Shown here: in pieces, positions 1 through 10,814 of the stretch | Numbering within the stretch: position 1 is the first letter of the stretch | How the letters are laid out: each line of letters starts with the position of its first letter | Assembly (NCBI GenBank): GCA_963748815.1 | Contig: CAVVKJ010000010.1 | Coordinates: forward strand, 960,001-1,024,000 | Direction: 5' to 3' | Origin: an uncultured Gemmatimonadales bacterium | GTDB taxonomy: Bacteria > Gemmatimonadota > Gemmatimonadetes > Gemmatimonadales > GWC2-71-9 | Length of the DNA stretch: 64,000 bases | Made by a program: the position numbers and the translations under genes | Notes under the pieces: model-generated | Databases searched by the model: none | Told to the model about the DNA's origin: nothing | Seen by the model: the letters and a program-made list of their open reading frames with translations, nothing else

Positions 1-1
1 C

Positions 2-175
2 CTCGAGAAGGTCTGGGACATGCACTTCGATCCCGAGAGCAACGTGGTGGATGTGCACGTCGGCAACCTGCGCCGCAAGCTGGCCGCCTCGGCGGGCGGC
101 AACCTGATCTCCACCGTGCGGGGCGTCGGATTCTGCCTCCGCGCGGCCAACACGGTCGCCACCCGCTCCGCATGA
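2..175 (+). CDS. C-terminal winged-helix part of an OmpR/PhoB-family response regulator (5' truncated by window)
   Basis: Frame 2 reads LEKVWDMHFDPESNVVDVHVGNLRRKL...ISTVRGVGF, the typical Trans_reg_C motif; stop TGA overlaps the next ATG (ATGA). Confidence 0.9.
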   Translation, partial: LEKVWDMHFDPESNVVDVHVGNLRRKLAASAGGNLISTVRGVGFCLRAANTVATRSA

Positions 176-2037
176 CCCGGCGCGTGCCCCCGGCGTTGTT
201 GCCGGGGGCGGCACTCCTGTTCATCCTTGCGGGGCTGTTCCTTCGGCTCCAGCCCGACCTTTCCGGCTGGAGCCGTTCTGTGTGGATGGTGGGGCTGGTG
301 CTGACGGGTGTCCCCGTGGCGCTCCGAACGCTGCGCGGGCTTTTCCGGGGCCGGGCGGCCGCCGACATTGTCGCGACCCTCGCCATCGTTACCGCGGTCC
401 CCCTCGGTGAGCCGCTCGCCGGCCTCGTGGTCGTCCTGATGCAGACCGGGGGCGAGGCACTCGAACGATTCGCCGAGGGACGGGCGAGCGCCGCGGTGCG
501 CGCGCTCGAGGAGGCGGCTCCGCACGAGGCGCACCGGCTGGGTACCGATGGTGCCGTCGAGGACATCGACGCCGATGATGTGGCCATCGACGATATGCTC
601 CTCATCCGCCCGGGGGAAATGGTCCCCTGCGATTCGGTCGTCGCCAGGGGATCGTCCCACGTCGACGTCTCACGGCTGACGGGGGAGCCGGTGCCGGTGA
701 GCGCCGGGCCGGGGACCAGGCTGCCGAGCGGCGCGGTCAACGGCGAGAGCCCGCTGACGGTGCGCGCCGAGGCCCTGGCGTCACAGAGCCTTTACGCCCG
801 GATCGTCGAACTGGTTCGCTCCGCCCAGGCGAGCAAGGCTCCGCTGCAGCGGCTCGCGGATCGGTACGCCGTCTGGTTCACGCCACTCACCCTGGCCGTC
901 TGCGTGGTGGCGTATGTCATCTCCTTCGATCCCGTCCGTGTGCTGGCGGTGCTGGTCGTCGCGACACCCTGCCCCCTGATCCTCGCCACGCCCGTGGCCA
1001 TCATCGGGGGGTTGAACCGGGCGGCGCGGCGGCAGATTGTCATCCGGAACGGCGGGGCGCTGGAGCAGCTGGGAGGGGTGACGGTCGCGATGTTCGACAA
1101 GACCGGCACGCTGACGGTCGGGCGCCCGGCGCTCACGAGGGTGGTCCCGGTGGCCCCCTTTACCGAGCCGGAGTTGCTGGCCCTCGCGGGGTCGGTCGAG
1201 CACGGTTCCGGCCACCTCCTGGCCCGGTCGGTAGTCGAGGCGGCCCGCGCCCGCGGCGTCGGTCTCCCTTCGGCCACGAACATTCGCGAGGCGCCCGGGG
1301 AGGGGGTCGAGGGGTGGTCGGACGGCCGGGCGGTGGCGGTGGGGGCGCTGGAATTCGTCCGCCGGCTGGCCCCCGGTTCCGTCGAGGCGCTGATCTCGGC
1401 CGACGGGGACCGTGCCGCGCTTCGGGCGTTCGTAGCGGTGGACGGCGCGGCGGCAGGGTTCCTGGAGTTTGCCGACGCGATTCGACCGGAGGCCGCCCCC
1501 CTGCTCCGCCGGTTGAGCGAGCTCGGCATCGTCCGGATGGCGCTGCTGTCGGGCGACCGGCGCCAGAACGTCGAGGCGCTCGGGGCGACGCTCGGATTTA
1601 CCGAGACGCACGCCGACCTGCTGCCGCACGACAAGGTGGCGCTGATCGAGGCGGCGATGGCCGGCGGGGAGTCGGTGCTCATGGTGGGCGACGGCACCAA
1701 CGACGCCCCCGCGCTCAGCACCGCCACGGTGGGGATCGCCCTCGCCTCGCACGGCGGCGGGATTACTGCCGAGGCGGCCGATATCGTCATCCTGGCCGAC
1801 GACCTCGGCCGGGTGGCCGAGGCGGTGGAGACCAGCCGCTGGACGATGCGGATCGCGCGGCAGAGCATCTGGGCCGGCCTAGGGATGAGCGGGGTGGCGA
1901 TGCTCGTGGCGGCGGCAGGCTACATTCCTCCGATCGCCGGCGCCGTCCTGCAGGAAGTGATCGACATCGCCGTGATTCTCAACGCGCTCCGGGCCGCGGC
2001 ACCGGCCCCGGCGCATTCACCTCAGGCGGTCGCCTGA
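172..2037 (+). CDS. Heavy-metal P1B-type ATPase, P1B-5-like
   Basis: TGEP, TPCPLILA, DKTGT, GDGTNDAP and C-terminal QEVIDIAVILNALR; no N-terminal metal-binding domain. Confidence 0.9.
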   Translation: MTRRVPPALLPGAALLFILAGLFLRLQPDLSGWSRSVWMVGLVLTGVPVALRTLRGLFRGRAAADIVATLAIVTAVPLGEPLAGLVVVLMQTGGEALERFAEGRASAAVRALEEAAPHEAHRLGTDGAVEDIDADDVAIDDMLLIRPGEMVPCDSVVARGSSHVDVSRLTGEPVPVSAGPGTRLPSGAVNGESPLTVRAEALASQSLYARIVELVRSAQASKAPLQRLADRYAVWFTPLTLAVCVVAYVISFDPVRVLAVLVVATPCPLILATPVAIIGGLNRAARRQIVIRNGGALEQLGGVTVAMFDKTGTLTVGRPALTRVVPVAPFTEPELLALAGSVEHGSGHLLARSVVEAARARGVGLPSATNIREAPGEGVEGWSDGRAVAVGALEFVRRLAPGSVEALISADGDRAALRAFVAVDGAAAGFLEFADAIRPEAAPLLRRLSELGIVRMALLSGDRRQNVEALGATLGFTETHADLLPHDKVALIEAAMAGGESVLMVGDGTNDAPALSTATVGIALASHGGGITAEAADIVILADDLGRVAEAVETSRWTMRIARQSIWAGLGMSGVAMLVAAAGYIPPIAGAVLQEVIDIAVILNALRAAAPAPAHSPQAVA

Positions 2038-2066
2038 GACCACCACACGCTGTTCCGGGAGCCTCC

Positions 2067-4276
2067 ATGAATCCACAGCTGGAATCGTTCCGCTATGACG
2101 ACGCCATCGTGCGGAAATTCCTCTGGGCCACCTTCATCTGGGGCCTGATCGGCATGATGGTCGGATTGCTCATCGCCCTGCAGCTGGCGGTGCCGGCCCT
2201 CAACTTCGACATCCCGCTGGCTCAGCTTCGGCCGGCTCCGCCCGCTGCACACCAACGCGGTGATCTTCGCGTTCGCGGGCAACGCGATCTTCACCGGCGC
2301 GTACTACTCCATCGCAGCGCCTGCTCAAGACGCGGATGTTCAGCGACGTGCTCAGCGCGCTCCACTTCTGGGGCTGGCAGCTGATCATCGTCGCTCGCCG
2401 CCATCACCCTCCCGCTCGGCTTCACGCAGGCCAAGGAATACGCCGAGCTCGAGTGGCCGATCGACATCGCTGATCGCCGTGGTCTGGGTCATCTTCGCGA
2501 TCAACTTCTTCGGCACGCATGGCCAAGCGGCGGGAGCGGCACCTCTACGTGGCGCTCTGGTTCTACATCGCCAGCGATCGTGACCGTGGCCATCCTGCAC
2601 ATCTTCAACAACCTGGTCGGTGCCCGGCCGGGACCCTGAAGAGCTACTCGATCTACGCCGGCGTGCAGGACGCCTTCATGCAGTGGTGGTACGGCCACAA
2701 CGCCGTGGCGTTCTTCCTGACGACGCCGTTCCTCGGGCTGATGTACTACTTCATGCCCAAGGCCGCCGACAGGCCGGTCTTCAGCTACCGGCTGTCGATC
2801 CTGCACTTCTGGTCGCTCGTCTTCCTCTACATCTGGGCCGGCCCGCACCACCTGCACTACACCGCGCTGCCGGAGTGGGCCTCCACGCTCGGCATGATCT
2901 TCTCGGTCATGCTCTGGATGCCGATCTGGGGCGGCATGATCAACGGCCTGCTGACGCTGCGCGGCGGCGTGGCAGAAGGTCGTGGACGACCCGATCCTGA
3001 AGTTCTTCGTGGTCGCCATCACCGCGTACGGCATGTCGACCTTCGAGGGGCCGATGCTCTCGATCAAGAGCGTCAACGCGCTGGCGCACTACACCGACTG
3101 GATCATCGCGCACGTCCACACCGGGGCCCTCGGCTGGAACGGCTTCCTGACCTTCGGCATGATCTACTGGCTGCGCGCCGCGGCTCTTCCAGACCAAGCT
3201 CCACAGCGAAGAAGCTGGCGGAGGTGCACTTCTGGATCGCCACCTTCGGCATCATGCTCTACGTCGTCGCGATCTACAGCGCCGGCGTCACGCAGGGGCT
3301 GATGTGGCGTGCCTTCGACGAGACCGGCCGCCTGAGTATCCCGACTTCGTCGAGACGGTCATCCGGCTGATGCCGATGTACTGGGTGCGCGTGGCCGGCG
3401 GCACGCTCTACCTCGTCGGGCATGCTGCTCTTCGGCTGGAACATCCTGATGACCTGGCAGGCGCGCCCGGCGACGTACGAGGAGCCGGTGATCCAGGCCG
3501 CGCCGCTCTCGACGGCCTACGTGGCGGAGCCGGCGCCCGCGCCGGCGGGCGACGGGCTCATCGGCTGGATCCGCGGCGATGCGCTGCCACCGCACCTGGG
3601 AGCGGATGCCGGTCATCTTCACGGTGCTGGTCGCGCTCGCGGTGGTCGTGGCCTCGCTGTTCGAGATCATCCCGACCTTCCTGATCAAGTCGAACGTGCC
3701 GACGATCGCGTCGGTCAAGCCGTACACGCCGCTCGAACTGGCCGGACGCGACATCTACATCCGCGAGGGGTGCTTCAACTGCCACTCGCAGATGATCCGC
3801 CCGCTCCGCTACGAGACCGAGCGCTACGGCGAGTACTCCAAGCCGGGCGAGTTCGTGTACGACCACCCGTTCCTCTGGGGCTCGCGCCGCATCGGGCCGG
3901 ACCTGGCGCGCGAGGGCGGCAAGTATCCCGACCTCTGGCACGTGCGGCACTTCGCCGAACCCGCAGCGACCTGGACGGCCAAGTCGATCATGCCGGCGCT
4001 ACCCGCACATCGCTGACCAACCCGACTCGACTTCGACGGGATCCAGAAGCGCGTGGACGCGATGGCGATGCTCGGCGTGCCCTACGGCGACGCGGTCAAC
4101 GACGCCCCCGGCATGGCCCGGGCGCAGGCGGCGCACGATCGCGGCAGTCCATCGCCTCGCAGGGCGGCCCCGCCGATCTCTCCGACAAGGAGATCGTGGC
4201 CATCGTGGCCTACATCCAGCGGCTCGGGCGCGACATCAGCGCCCCCTCGGCGGCCGGCGCCGCGGGAGCGCCGTGA
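2067..4276 (+). CDS. ccoNO: cbb3-type cytochrome c oxidase, fused subunits I/II (CcoNO); multiple apparent frameshifts
   Basis: Fragments in different frames: [49 protein letters not shown], then [20 protein letters not shown] and [14 protein letters not shown]; no separate ccoO start is evident. Confidence 0.85.
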
Positions 4277-4277
4277 C

Positions 4278-4481
4278 ATGCGCCTCTCCGACATCATGAG
4301 CAACGCCGGACTCTCCACCTACGCGGAGGTTGCGCTGGTCCTCTTCCTGATCGCCTTCCTGCTGATCACCCTGTCGGTGTTCGCACCGTCACGCAAGCAG
4401 GAGTTCGACGAGGCCAGCCGCATGCCGCTGGATGACACCCACCCCCAGACACCGCGCCACGGCCGAGGAGATGCGTCATGA
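4278..4481 (+). CDS. ccoQ: cbb3 oxidase subunit CcoQ
   Basis: MRLSDIMSNAGLSTYAEVALVLFLIAF...ASRMPLDD: one TM helix with the typical xPLxD tail, between ccoO and ccoP. Confidence 0.8.
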   Translation: MRLSDIMSNAGLSTYAEVALVLFLIAFLLITLSVFAPSRKQEFDEASRMPLDDTHPQTPRHGRGDAS

Positions 4482-5066
4482 GCGCCTCGCACGACGAAGA
4501 TCGGCTGCTCGACCACGACTACGACGGCATCCAGGAGTACGACAACCCGATGCCGCGCTGGTGGCTGTACATCTTCTGGGGGTCGATCGTCTGGGCCGCG
4601 CTGTTCTGGTTCAACGTGCCCGGCATCGGCGTGGGCAAGGGCATGATCGCCGACTACGACGCGTCCGATGGCGGCTGCCGCGGCCGAGTTCCCGCCGACG
4701 CCGCATACCGCCCCCGTCGCCGACCAGTTGCTGGCCATGGCAAGCCGACCCGGCGGCGCTCGGCGCTGGCAAGGCGGTCTTCGATGCACGAACTGCGTGG
4801 CCTGCCACGCCGCCGACGGCGGCGGCGTCATCGGCCCCAACCTGACCGACGACTTCTGGATCCACGGCGGATCGCCGGAGGCGATCTACACGACGGTCGC
4901 ACGATGGCGTCCTCGCCAAGGGCATGCCCGCCTGGGGCCAGAGCCTGAAGCCGGACGAGGTCACCGCCGTGACGGCCTACGTGATTTCCCTGCAGGGCAC
5001 CACCCCGGCGACCCCGAAGGCGCCGGAGGGGACGGCCGCCGACGTCCCCCACCCAGCGGGAGTTGA
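4478..5066 (+). CDS. ccoP: cbb3 oxidase subunit III CcoP (monoheme type), frameshifted; 3' end approximate
   Basis: DHDYDGIQEYDNPMPRWW N-terminus, CVACH, GPNLTDDFWIHGG, GMPAWG. Confidence 0.8.
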
Positions 5067-5082
5067 GGAGCAGCTGAACCAC

Positions 5083-6543
5083 ATGAGCACCACGAACGCG
5101 TCCCACCCCACCGCCCCCGGGCGGGTGCTGCCGACCCTGAACGAGGACGGGTCGCGCCGCTGGATCCGCCCGAAGCTCTCGCCCGGCGGCTTCTGGCGGA
5201 CGCGGCGTGTCGTGGCGTACGCCCTGATGGTGATCTTCTTCGTGATCCCCTACCTGCGGCATCAACGGCAAGCCGCTCGATCCTGCTCGACGTGCCGCGC
5301 CGGCAGTTCACCCTCATCGGCTACACCTTCCTGCCGACCGACACGCTGCTGCTTCATGCTGCTGCTGATGAGCATCGCCATCTCCATCTTCCTGCTTCAC
5401 GGCGCTCTTCGGGCGCGTGTGGTGCGGCTGGGCCTGTCCGCAGACCGTCTACATGGAATTCCTCTTCCGCCCGATCGAGCGATTCTTCGAGGGGGGCCGG
5501 AGCGGGTCGGCGGCGATGGACAAGGCGGGCAGCACTTCCAGCCGCGGCGCCTGGCGAAGAACGCCGTGTACCTGCTGCTGGCGCTCTTCCTGGCCCACAC
5601 CTTCCTCGCCTACTTCGTCGGCGTCGAGCAACTGCTCGCATTGGGTGCGGCAGTCGCCCGTTCGAGCACCCGACGCTCGTTCCTGATCATGGCGGGGACG
5701 ACCGCGCTGATCTTCTTCGACTTCGCCTACTTCCGCGAGCAGACCTGCCTGTCGCCTGCCCCTACGGCCGGCTGCAGTCGGTCCTGCTCGACCGCCAGTC
5801 GCTCATCGTCGGCTACGAGCCGCGGCGGGGCGAACCGCGCACGCTCAAGATGAAGGGCCGCCCGGACGACGCCGGCGACTGCATCGACTGCGGCGCCTGC
5901 GTCGCTGACCTGCCCCACCGGCATCGACATCCGCGACGGGCTGCAGATGGAGTGCATCCACTGCACGCAGTGCGCGGACGCCTGTGACGCCATCATGGAC
6001 AAGGTCGGGAAGCCCCGCGGACTCATCCACTACACGTCGCAGAACACGGTCGAGGGGAAGCCCACCCGGTTCCTCCGACCCCGCGTGGTCCTCTACCCGG
6101 CCGCCCTCGCCGTGGCCGTCGGGCTGCTGGCGTTCAACCTCGGCACCAAGGCGGACACCGACGTCACGCTGCTGCGCGGCGCCGGCGCGCCCTTCACCCG
6201 GCAACCGAACGGCAGCGTGGTCAACCAGATCCGCGTGAAGATCACCAATCGCGCGGCGGTCGAACGCGCCTACCGCCTCGAGATTTCCGGCGTGGCGGGC
6301 GCATCGCTGATCACGCCCCGCAACCCCGTCACCGTCCCCGGCGACAAGACGGTCGAGACCAGCATCTTCGTGGTGGTGCCGGAGACGAGTTTCGAGGACG
6401 ACCGGCTCCCCTCCACGATCCGGGTCACCGACGGCGCCGGATTCAGCATCGACATCCTCTTCGAACTGGTCGGCCCGGAACGGGAGCACGACGACGACGA
6501 ATCGCCGATGGCGCGCGGGCCGGCGGGCACCGCGATCCCGTGA
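5083..6543 (+). CDS. ccoG: Cytochrome c oxidase accessory polyferredoxin CcoG/FixG, frameshifted
   Basis: GRVWCGWACPQTV, CPYGRLQSVL, DCIDCGACV..CPTGIDIRDGLQMECIHCTQCADAC, Ig-like C-terminus. Confidence 0.85.
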
Positions 6544-7025
6544 ACGCCTCCAAGCTGTGGCCCGCCGCGCTCGTGGCGGTGCTGGGCATCACGGTCCTCG
6601 CGAACGTCGCCATCTATTGGACCGCCAACCACGACACCTCCTTTGCCGTGGAGCCCGACTACTACCAGCGCGCCATCGACTGGGATTCCACCGTCGCGCG
6701 CGGGCAACGAAGCGCCGCCCTCGGCTGGGATACCAAGGTCCAGCTCGCTCCCCCCGAAGGGGGCCACGCCACCTTGTCCGTGACGATCACCAACCGCGAC
6801 GGGCTCCCGCTCGACTCCGCCGACGTCCGGGCCGTCCTCAGTCACAACGCGCAGGGCGCCACCGTCTACTCCCTGCGACTCCTCGCCGCCGGCCCAGGCC
6901 TCTACGCCGCCCGGGTTCCCTCCACCGCCCAGGGGCTCTGGCGCCTCGACCTCGCGGCCACGCGCGGGGACGACGCCTTCGTCGAACGCATCACCGTGGA
7001 CAACGGCACCCCGCACGCGCCATGA
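6540..7025 (+). CDS. ccoH: FixH/CcoH family protein
   Basis: N-terminal TM helix, VEPDYYQRAIDWD motif, position in cco operon. Confidence 0.8.
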   Translation: MNASKLWPAALVAVLGITVLANVAIYWTANHDTSFAVEPDYYQRAIDWDSTVARGQRSAALGWDTKVQLAPPEGGHATLSVTITNRDGLPLDSADVRAVLSHNAQGATVYSLRLLAAGPGLYAARVPSTAQGLWRLDLAATRGDDAFVERITVDNGTPHAP

Positions 7026-7726
7026 ACGCCCTCGTGCTCTCGGTCCTCGGCGCGAGCCTCCTCGGCAGTCCGCATTGCGCCGCCATGTGCGGTGGATTCG
7101 TCTGCTTCTTCAGCGGCCAGCAAGGCGCCAGGACGAACTGGCTCACCCACGCCACATACCACGCCGGGCGGCTCGTCGCCTACGCCCTGCTCGGCGCTGC
7201 CGCCGGCATGGCCGGCGCGGGGTTCGACCTCGCGGGCCGCATGGCCGGGTTCCAGCGCCCCGCCGCCGTGGCCGCCGGCACCTTGCTGATCCTCTGGGGC
7301 CTGGCAGGCCTCGCCGCGGCCGCCGGATTCGGCCGGACCGCGACCGCGGCACCCGCCGGCTTTCGGATGCTCCTCAGCCGCGCCATCGCCCGCGTGGCGG
7401 ACAAACCTCCCATCATCCGTGCCCTGACCGTCGGGCTGCTCACCGCGCTGCTCCCCTGCGGTTGGCTCTACGTTTTCGTCGCCACAGCGGCCAGCACCGG
7501 ATCGGCGCTGAGTGGCGCCATCGTGATGGCGGCGTTCTGGGCGGGGACCGTGCCTGTCCTGGCCGGCGTCGGCGCGCTGGCCCAGCGCGCCGCGGGCCCT
7601 CTCCGGGCCAGGTTGCCGGTCGTGACCGCCGCCGTCCTCCTCGTGCTCGGCGTCCTGACCGTGGCCGGGAAGTTCCAGATGCCGCACGCCGCCGCCCACC
7701 CCCCCGCGGCCCATGACAGCCACTAG
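7022..7726 (+). CDS. DsbD_2/TauE-like membrane protein for cbb3 oxidase assembly
   Basis: GSPHCAAMCGG and LLPCGWLY motifs, multiple TM helices; ATG at 7022 overlaps the ccoH stop. Confidence 0.85.
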   Translation: MNALVLSVLGASLLGSPHCAAMCGGFVCFFSGQQGARTNWLTHATYHAGRLVAYALLGAAAGMAGAGFDLAGRMAGFQRPAAVAAGTLLILWGLAGLAAAAGFGRTATAAPAGFRMLLSRAIARVADKPPIIRALTVGLLTALLPCGWLYVFVATAASTGSALSGAIVMAAFWAGTVPVLAGVGALAQRAAGPLRARLPVVTAAVLLVLGVLTVAGKFQMPHAAAHPPAAHDSH

Positions 7727-10135
7727 CGCCCTGAGCCAGTCGGCTCGGACCACCGCCTGCGTCCACTGCAGCCTCCCGGTGCCAACGGCGCTGATCAGGT
7801 CCGACGGCGAGTCGTCCTTCTGCTGCGGCGGATGCGCCACCGCCTACGCCATCATCCATGAGGGCGGGCTCGACAGGTACTACGACCTGCCGGACAAGCG
7901 GTTCGCCCCCGTCGCGCCGAGCGGTCGCTCGCTTCGACGAGTTCGACCACCCCACATTCCAGGAGCTGCTATGTGCGGTCCCGCGCCGACGGGACCGTCG
8001 ACACCGAGCTCTACCTCGACGGTGTGCATTGCGCCTCCTGTGTCTGGCTGGTGGAGCGGGTCCCGCTGCTTGTTCCGGGCGTCATCCGGGCGGAGCTCGA
8101 AGTGGGACGCGCGCTCGCGCGCATCGCATGGAATCCCGCCGACACCTCGCTGAGTGCCGTCGCCCGGTTTCTCGATACGCTGGGCTATCGGCCGCATCCC
8201 TTCCGCGCCCAGCGGGTCGAGGAATTGCGCCGCCTCGAGGACCGGACGGCGATGCTTCGGATCGGCGTGGCCGGCGCGCTGGCCGGCAACGTGATGATGC
8301 TCGCGGTGGCGCTCTACAGCGGGTGGTTCGCGGGGATGGAACCGGCCTTCGTGCGCTACTTCCGCTGGCTCAGCCTGCTCCTGACGGCTCCGGTGCTGCT
8401 CTGGCCGGGCCGGGTGTTCTTCCAGGGGGCGCTCGCCTCCTTCCGGACTCGCCGCCTCCACATGGACCTGCCGATCGCCATCGCCCTCGGCGCGGGGTTC
8501 GCGCGCGGCGTGGCGAACACCATCACCGACACGGGGCCGATCTACTTCGACGGCGTGGCGATGCTGGTCTTCCTCCTGCTGGTCGGACGGTTTCTCCAGC
8601 AGCGGGCGCAGCGCGCCGCCACCGACGCCACGAGCCTGCTGCACGGCCTCACCCCATCCGTGGCCCGTTTGATCGACGGCGACGCCATCCGGGAGGTGCC
8701 CGTCGAGGCGCTCCTGCCGGGGGTCACGGTGGAGGTGCGCGCCGGGGAGACCTTCCCCGCCGACGGGACCGTGACGGTGGGGGTGTCGCAGGTCGACCTC
8801 TCACTCCTGACCGGCGAGTCGCGCCCGGTGCGCGCGGCGCCGGGGTCGAAGACGTGGGCCGGCACCGTCAACCTTGCCGCCGCGCTCAGGATGGAAGTCA
8901 CGCAGGCCGGCGAGGAGAGCCGCGTCGGGCGACTGGTGCGGGAGGTGGCCGCCGGGGCGGGCCGCCGCGCGCGCATCGTGCTGCTGGCGGACCGCGTCGC
9001 CGGGTGGTTCGTGGCGGCGGTGTTGCTGCTCGCCGTCGGGACCTGGTGGTACTGGAGCGGTGTTTCCCCGGACGCGGCGCTCGACAACGCCATCGCCCTG
9101 CTGATCGTGACCTGCCCCTGCGCGCTGGCTCTGGCCACGCCGCTGGCCGTGACCGTGTCGATCGGCCGGGCCGCCCGGCAGGGGATCCTGATCCGCGGCG
9201 GCGACGCGCTCGAGGCGCTTGCACGTCCAGGCACGATGTACCTCGACAAGACGGGCACCGTCACGGAAGGGAAGTTCCGGCTCACGAGCTGGAGGGGCCA
9301 TGAAGGCGTCCGGCCGCTTGTCGCCGCGCTGGAGCGTCACTCCAACCACCCGGTGGCTTCGGGGTTCCTGGCGGCGTGGCCCGACCTGGATGCTCCCCTC
9401 GCGTCCGGGGTACGGCAGACGCTGGGCGGCGGGATCGAGGGGCATGTGGCGGGGCGTGACGTCATCGTCGGGTCACCGACGTTCGTGCGCGCGCACGCGA
9501 CAGGCGCGCCTCCCGTGGGCGCTCCGGTCCCTGGCGATACACCGGTCTGGATCGCGGTGGATGGCACGGTCGTGGCCGGCGCGACCTTCGGTGATCCGCT
9601 CCGCCCCGAGGCCCCGGCCGTCGTCGAGCGCCTGCGGCGGCACGGGTGGTCGGTGCAACTGCTTTCCGGTGACGCCTCCGAAGTCGTGCGGTCTGTTGCA
9701 GGCCAGCTCGGCATCGGCGCCGGCGCCTGGCGGGGCGACGTCACGCCGGAGGGAAAGCTGCAGGAAGTCGAGCGGGCGGCGGCGACCGGCGCGGTGGCGA
9801 TGGTGGGCGACGGCGTCAACGATGCAGCCGCCATGGCGCGGGCCACCGTCGGCGTCGCGGTACGTGGGGGCGCCGAGGCGTCGCTGGCAGTGGCGGATGT
9901 ATATCTCTCGCGCCCGGGGCTCGATGCGCTGGCCCAGCTGGTGGAAGGGGCCGAGCGGACGCTCGGGGTCATCCGACGCAACGTCGCGTTGTCGCTCGTC
10001 TACAACGTCGTGGGGGCGGGACTGGCCATGGGGGGATGGATCAACCCGCTGGTGGCGGCGTTCCTGATGCCGGCGAGTTCGATCACCGTGGTGCTGGCGT
10101 CGTGGCGGAGCCGCACCTTCGAGGGGGACGCGTGA
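7713..10135 (+). CDS. ccoI: Copper-translocating P-type ATPase CcoI/FixI (frameshifted near 7930-7975)
   Basis: CVHC..FCCGGC N-terminal domain, HCASC, CPCALALATP, DKTGT, GDGVND, YN and MPASS motifs. Confidence 0.9.
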
Positions 10136-10302
10136 GCGTCATCTACCTGGTCCTGCCGATTGCGCTGCTGCTCCTGGCCGGGGCGATCGCCGCCTACGCC
10201 TGGGCGGCGCGGCGGGGGCAGTTCGACGATCTCAAGACGCCCGCAATGCGGGCGCTGCATGACGATGACAAACCTGCTCGGGGGGGCAACCCGAAGGCTT
10301 GA
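10132..10302 (+). CDS. ccoS: cbb3 oxidase maturation protein CcoS/FixS
   Basis: VSVIYLVLPIALLL...WAARRGQFDDLKTPAMRALHDD; GTG overlaps the ccoI stop. Confidence 0.9.
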   Translation: MSVIYLVLPIALLLLAGAIAAYAWAARRGQFDDLKTPAMRALHDDDKPARGGNPKA

Positions 10303-10318
10303 GTCGTCGAGCAGGCGA

Positions 10319-10801
10319 TCAGGGGTACTTTCGCTTCCAGCTCTGGACCCGTGCGCCGACAAAGCCGCCGAGAACGGCGCCAACGGTCGCCCCGACAAGG
10401 AAGCTCCCAACCACCGCAACGCCATCCGACCCGCAATCCGACTCGCACAAACTGGCGGTAGCCGCGTAAGCCGCCACTCCAAGGACACCAACTGCCGCCC
10501 CTCCAATGATGGCACCGGTCTTGGCCGATCCACCCCGCACCCAGAGCGTATCGATTGCCGGGATCGGAATCCGCCGGACCATGTCGTCCTCAGCGAAGTC
10601 GAGGGTGTCGTTCACCGCGACCCCCGCCTTGCCGACCAGCCGGTTCATCGCCTCGCCGCTGATGCGGATCTGCTGACCGGTGTTGAGCTTCGCGACGGCG
10701 CTGTCGCGTTTGGCAGCGGCCTCCTGCGCGGAGGCGGAGACTGGAAGATGAGCCGCCGCGATCAGGACACCGAGTGCCACCCAGCAGCGTGTCCGGATCA
10801 T
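10319..10801 (-). CDS. Hypothetical exported/membrane protein with Gly-rich hydrophobic C-terminal helices
   Basis: Signal peptide (ASAQE), GAIIGGAAVG and GATVGAVLGG segments. Confidence 0.6.
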   Translation of the reverse strand: MIRTRCWVALGVLIAAAHLPVSASAQEAAAKRDSAVAKLNTGQQIRISGEAMNRLVGKAGVAVNDTLDFAEDDMVRRIPIPAIDTLWVRGGSAKTGAIIGGAAVGVLGVAAYAATASLCESDCGSDGVAVVGSFLVGATVGAVLGGFVGARVQSWKRKYP

Positions 10802-10814
10802 GGGACTCCCGTGC

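Noticed and set aside
2067..6000. Pseudogenisation of the cbb3 oxidase genes
   Set aside because: Numerous single-base indels, but the recognisable catalytic motifs are intact and similar indels occur in hypE, ccoI, the TPR gene and others; sequencing or consensus error is more parsimonious. Read polishing would decide.
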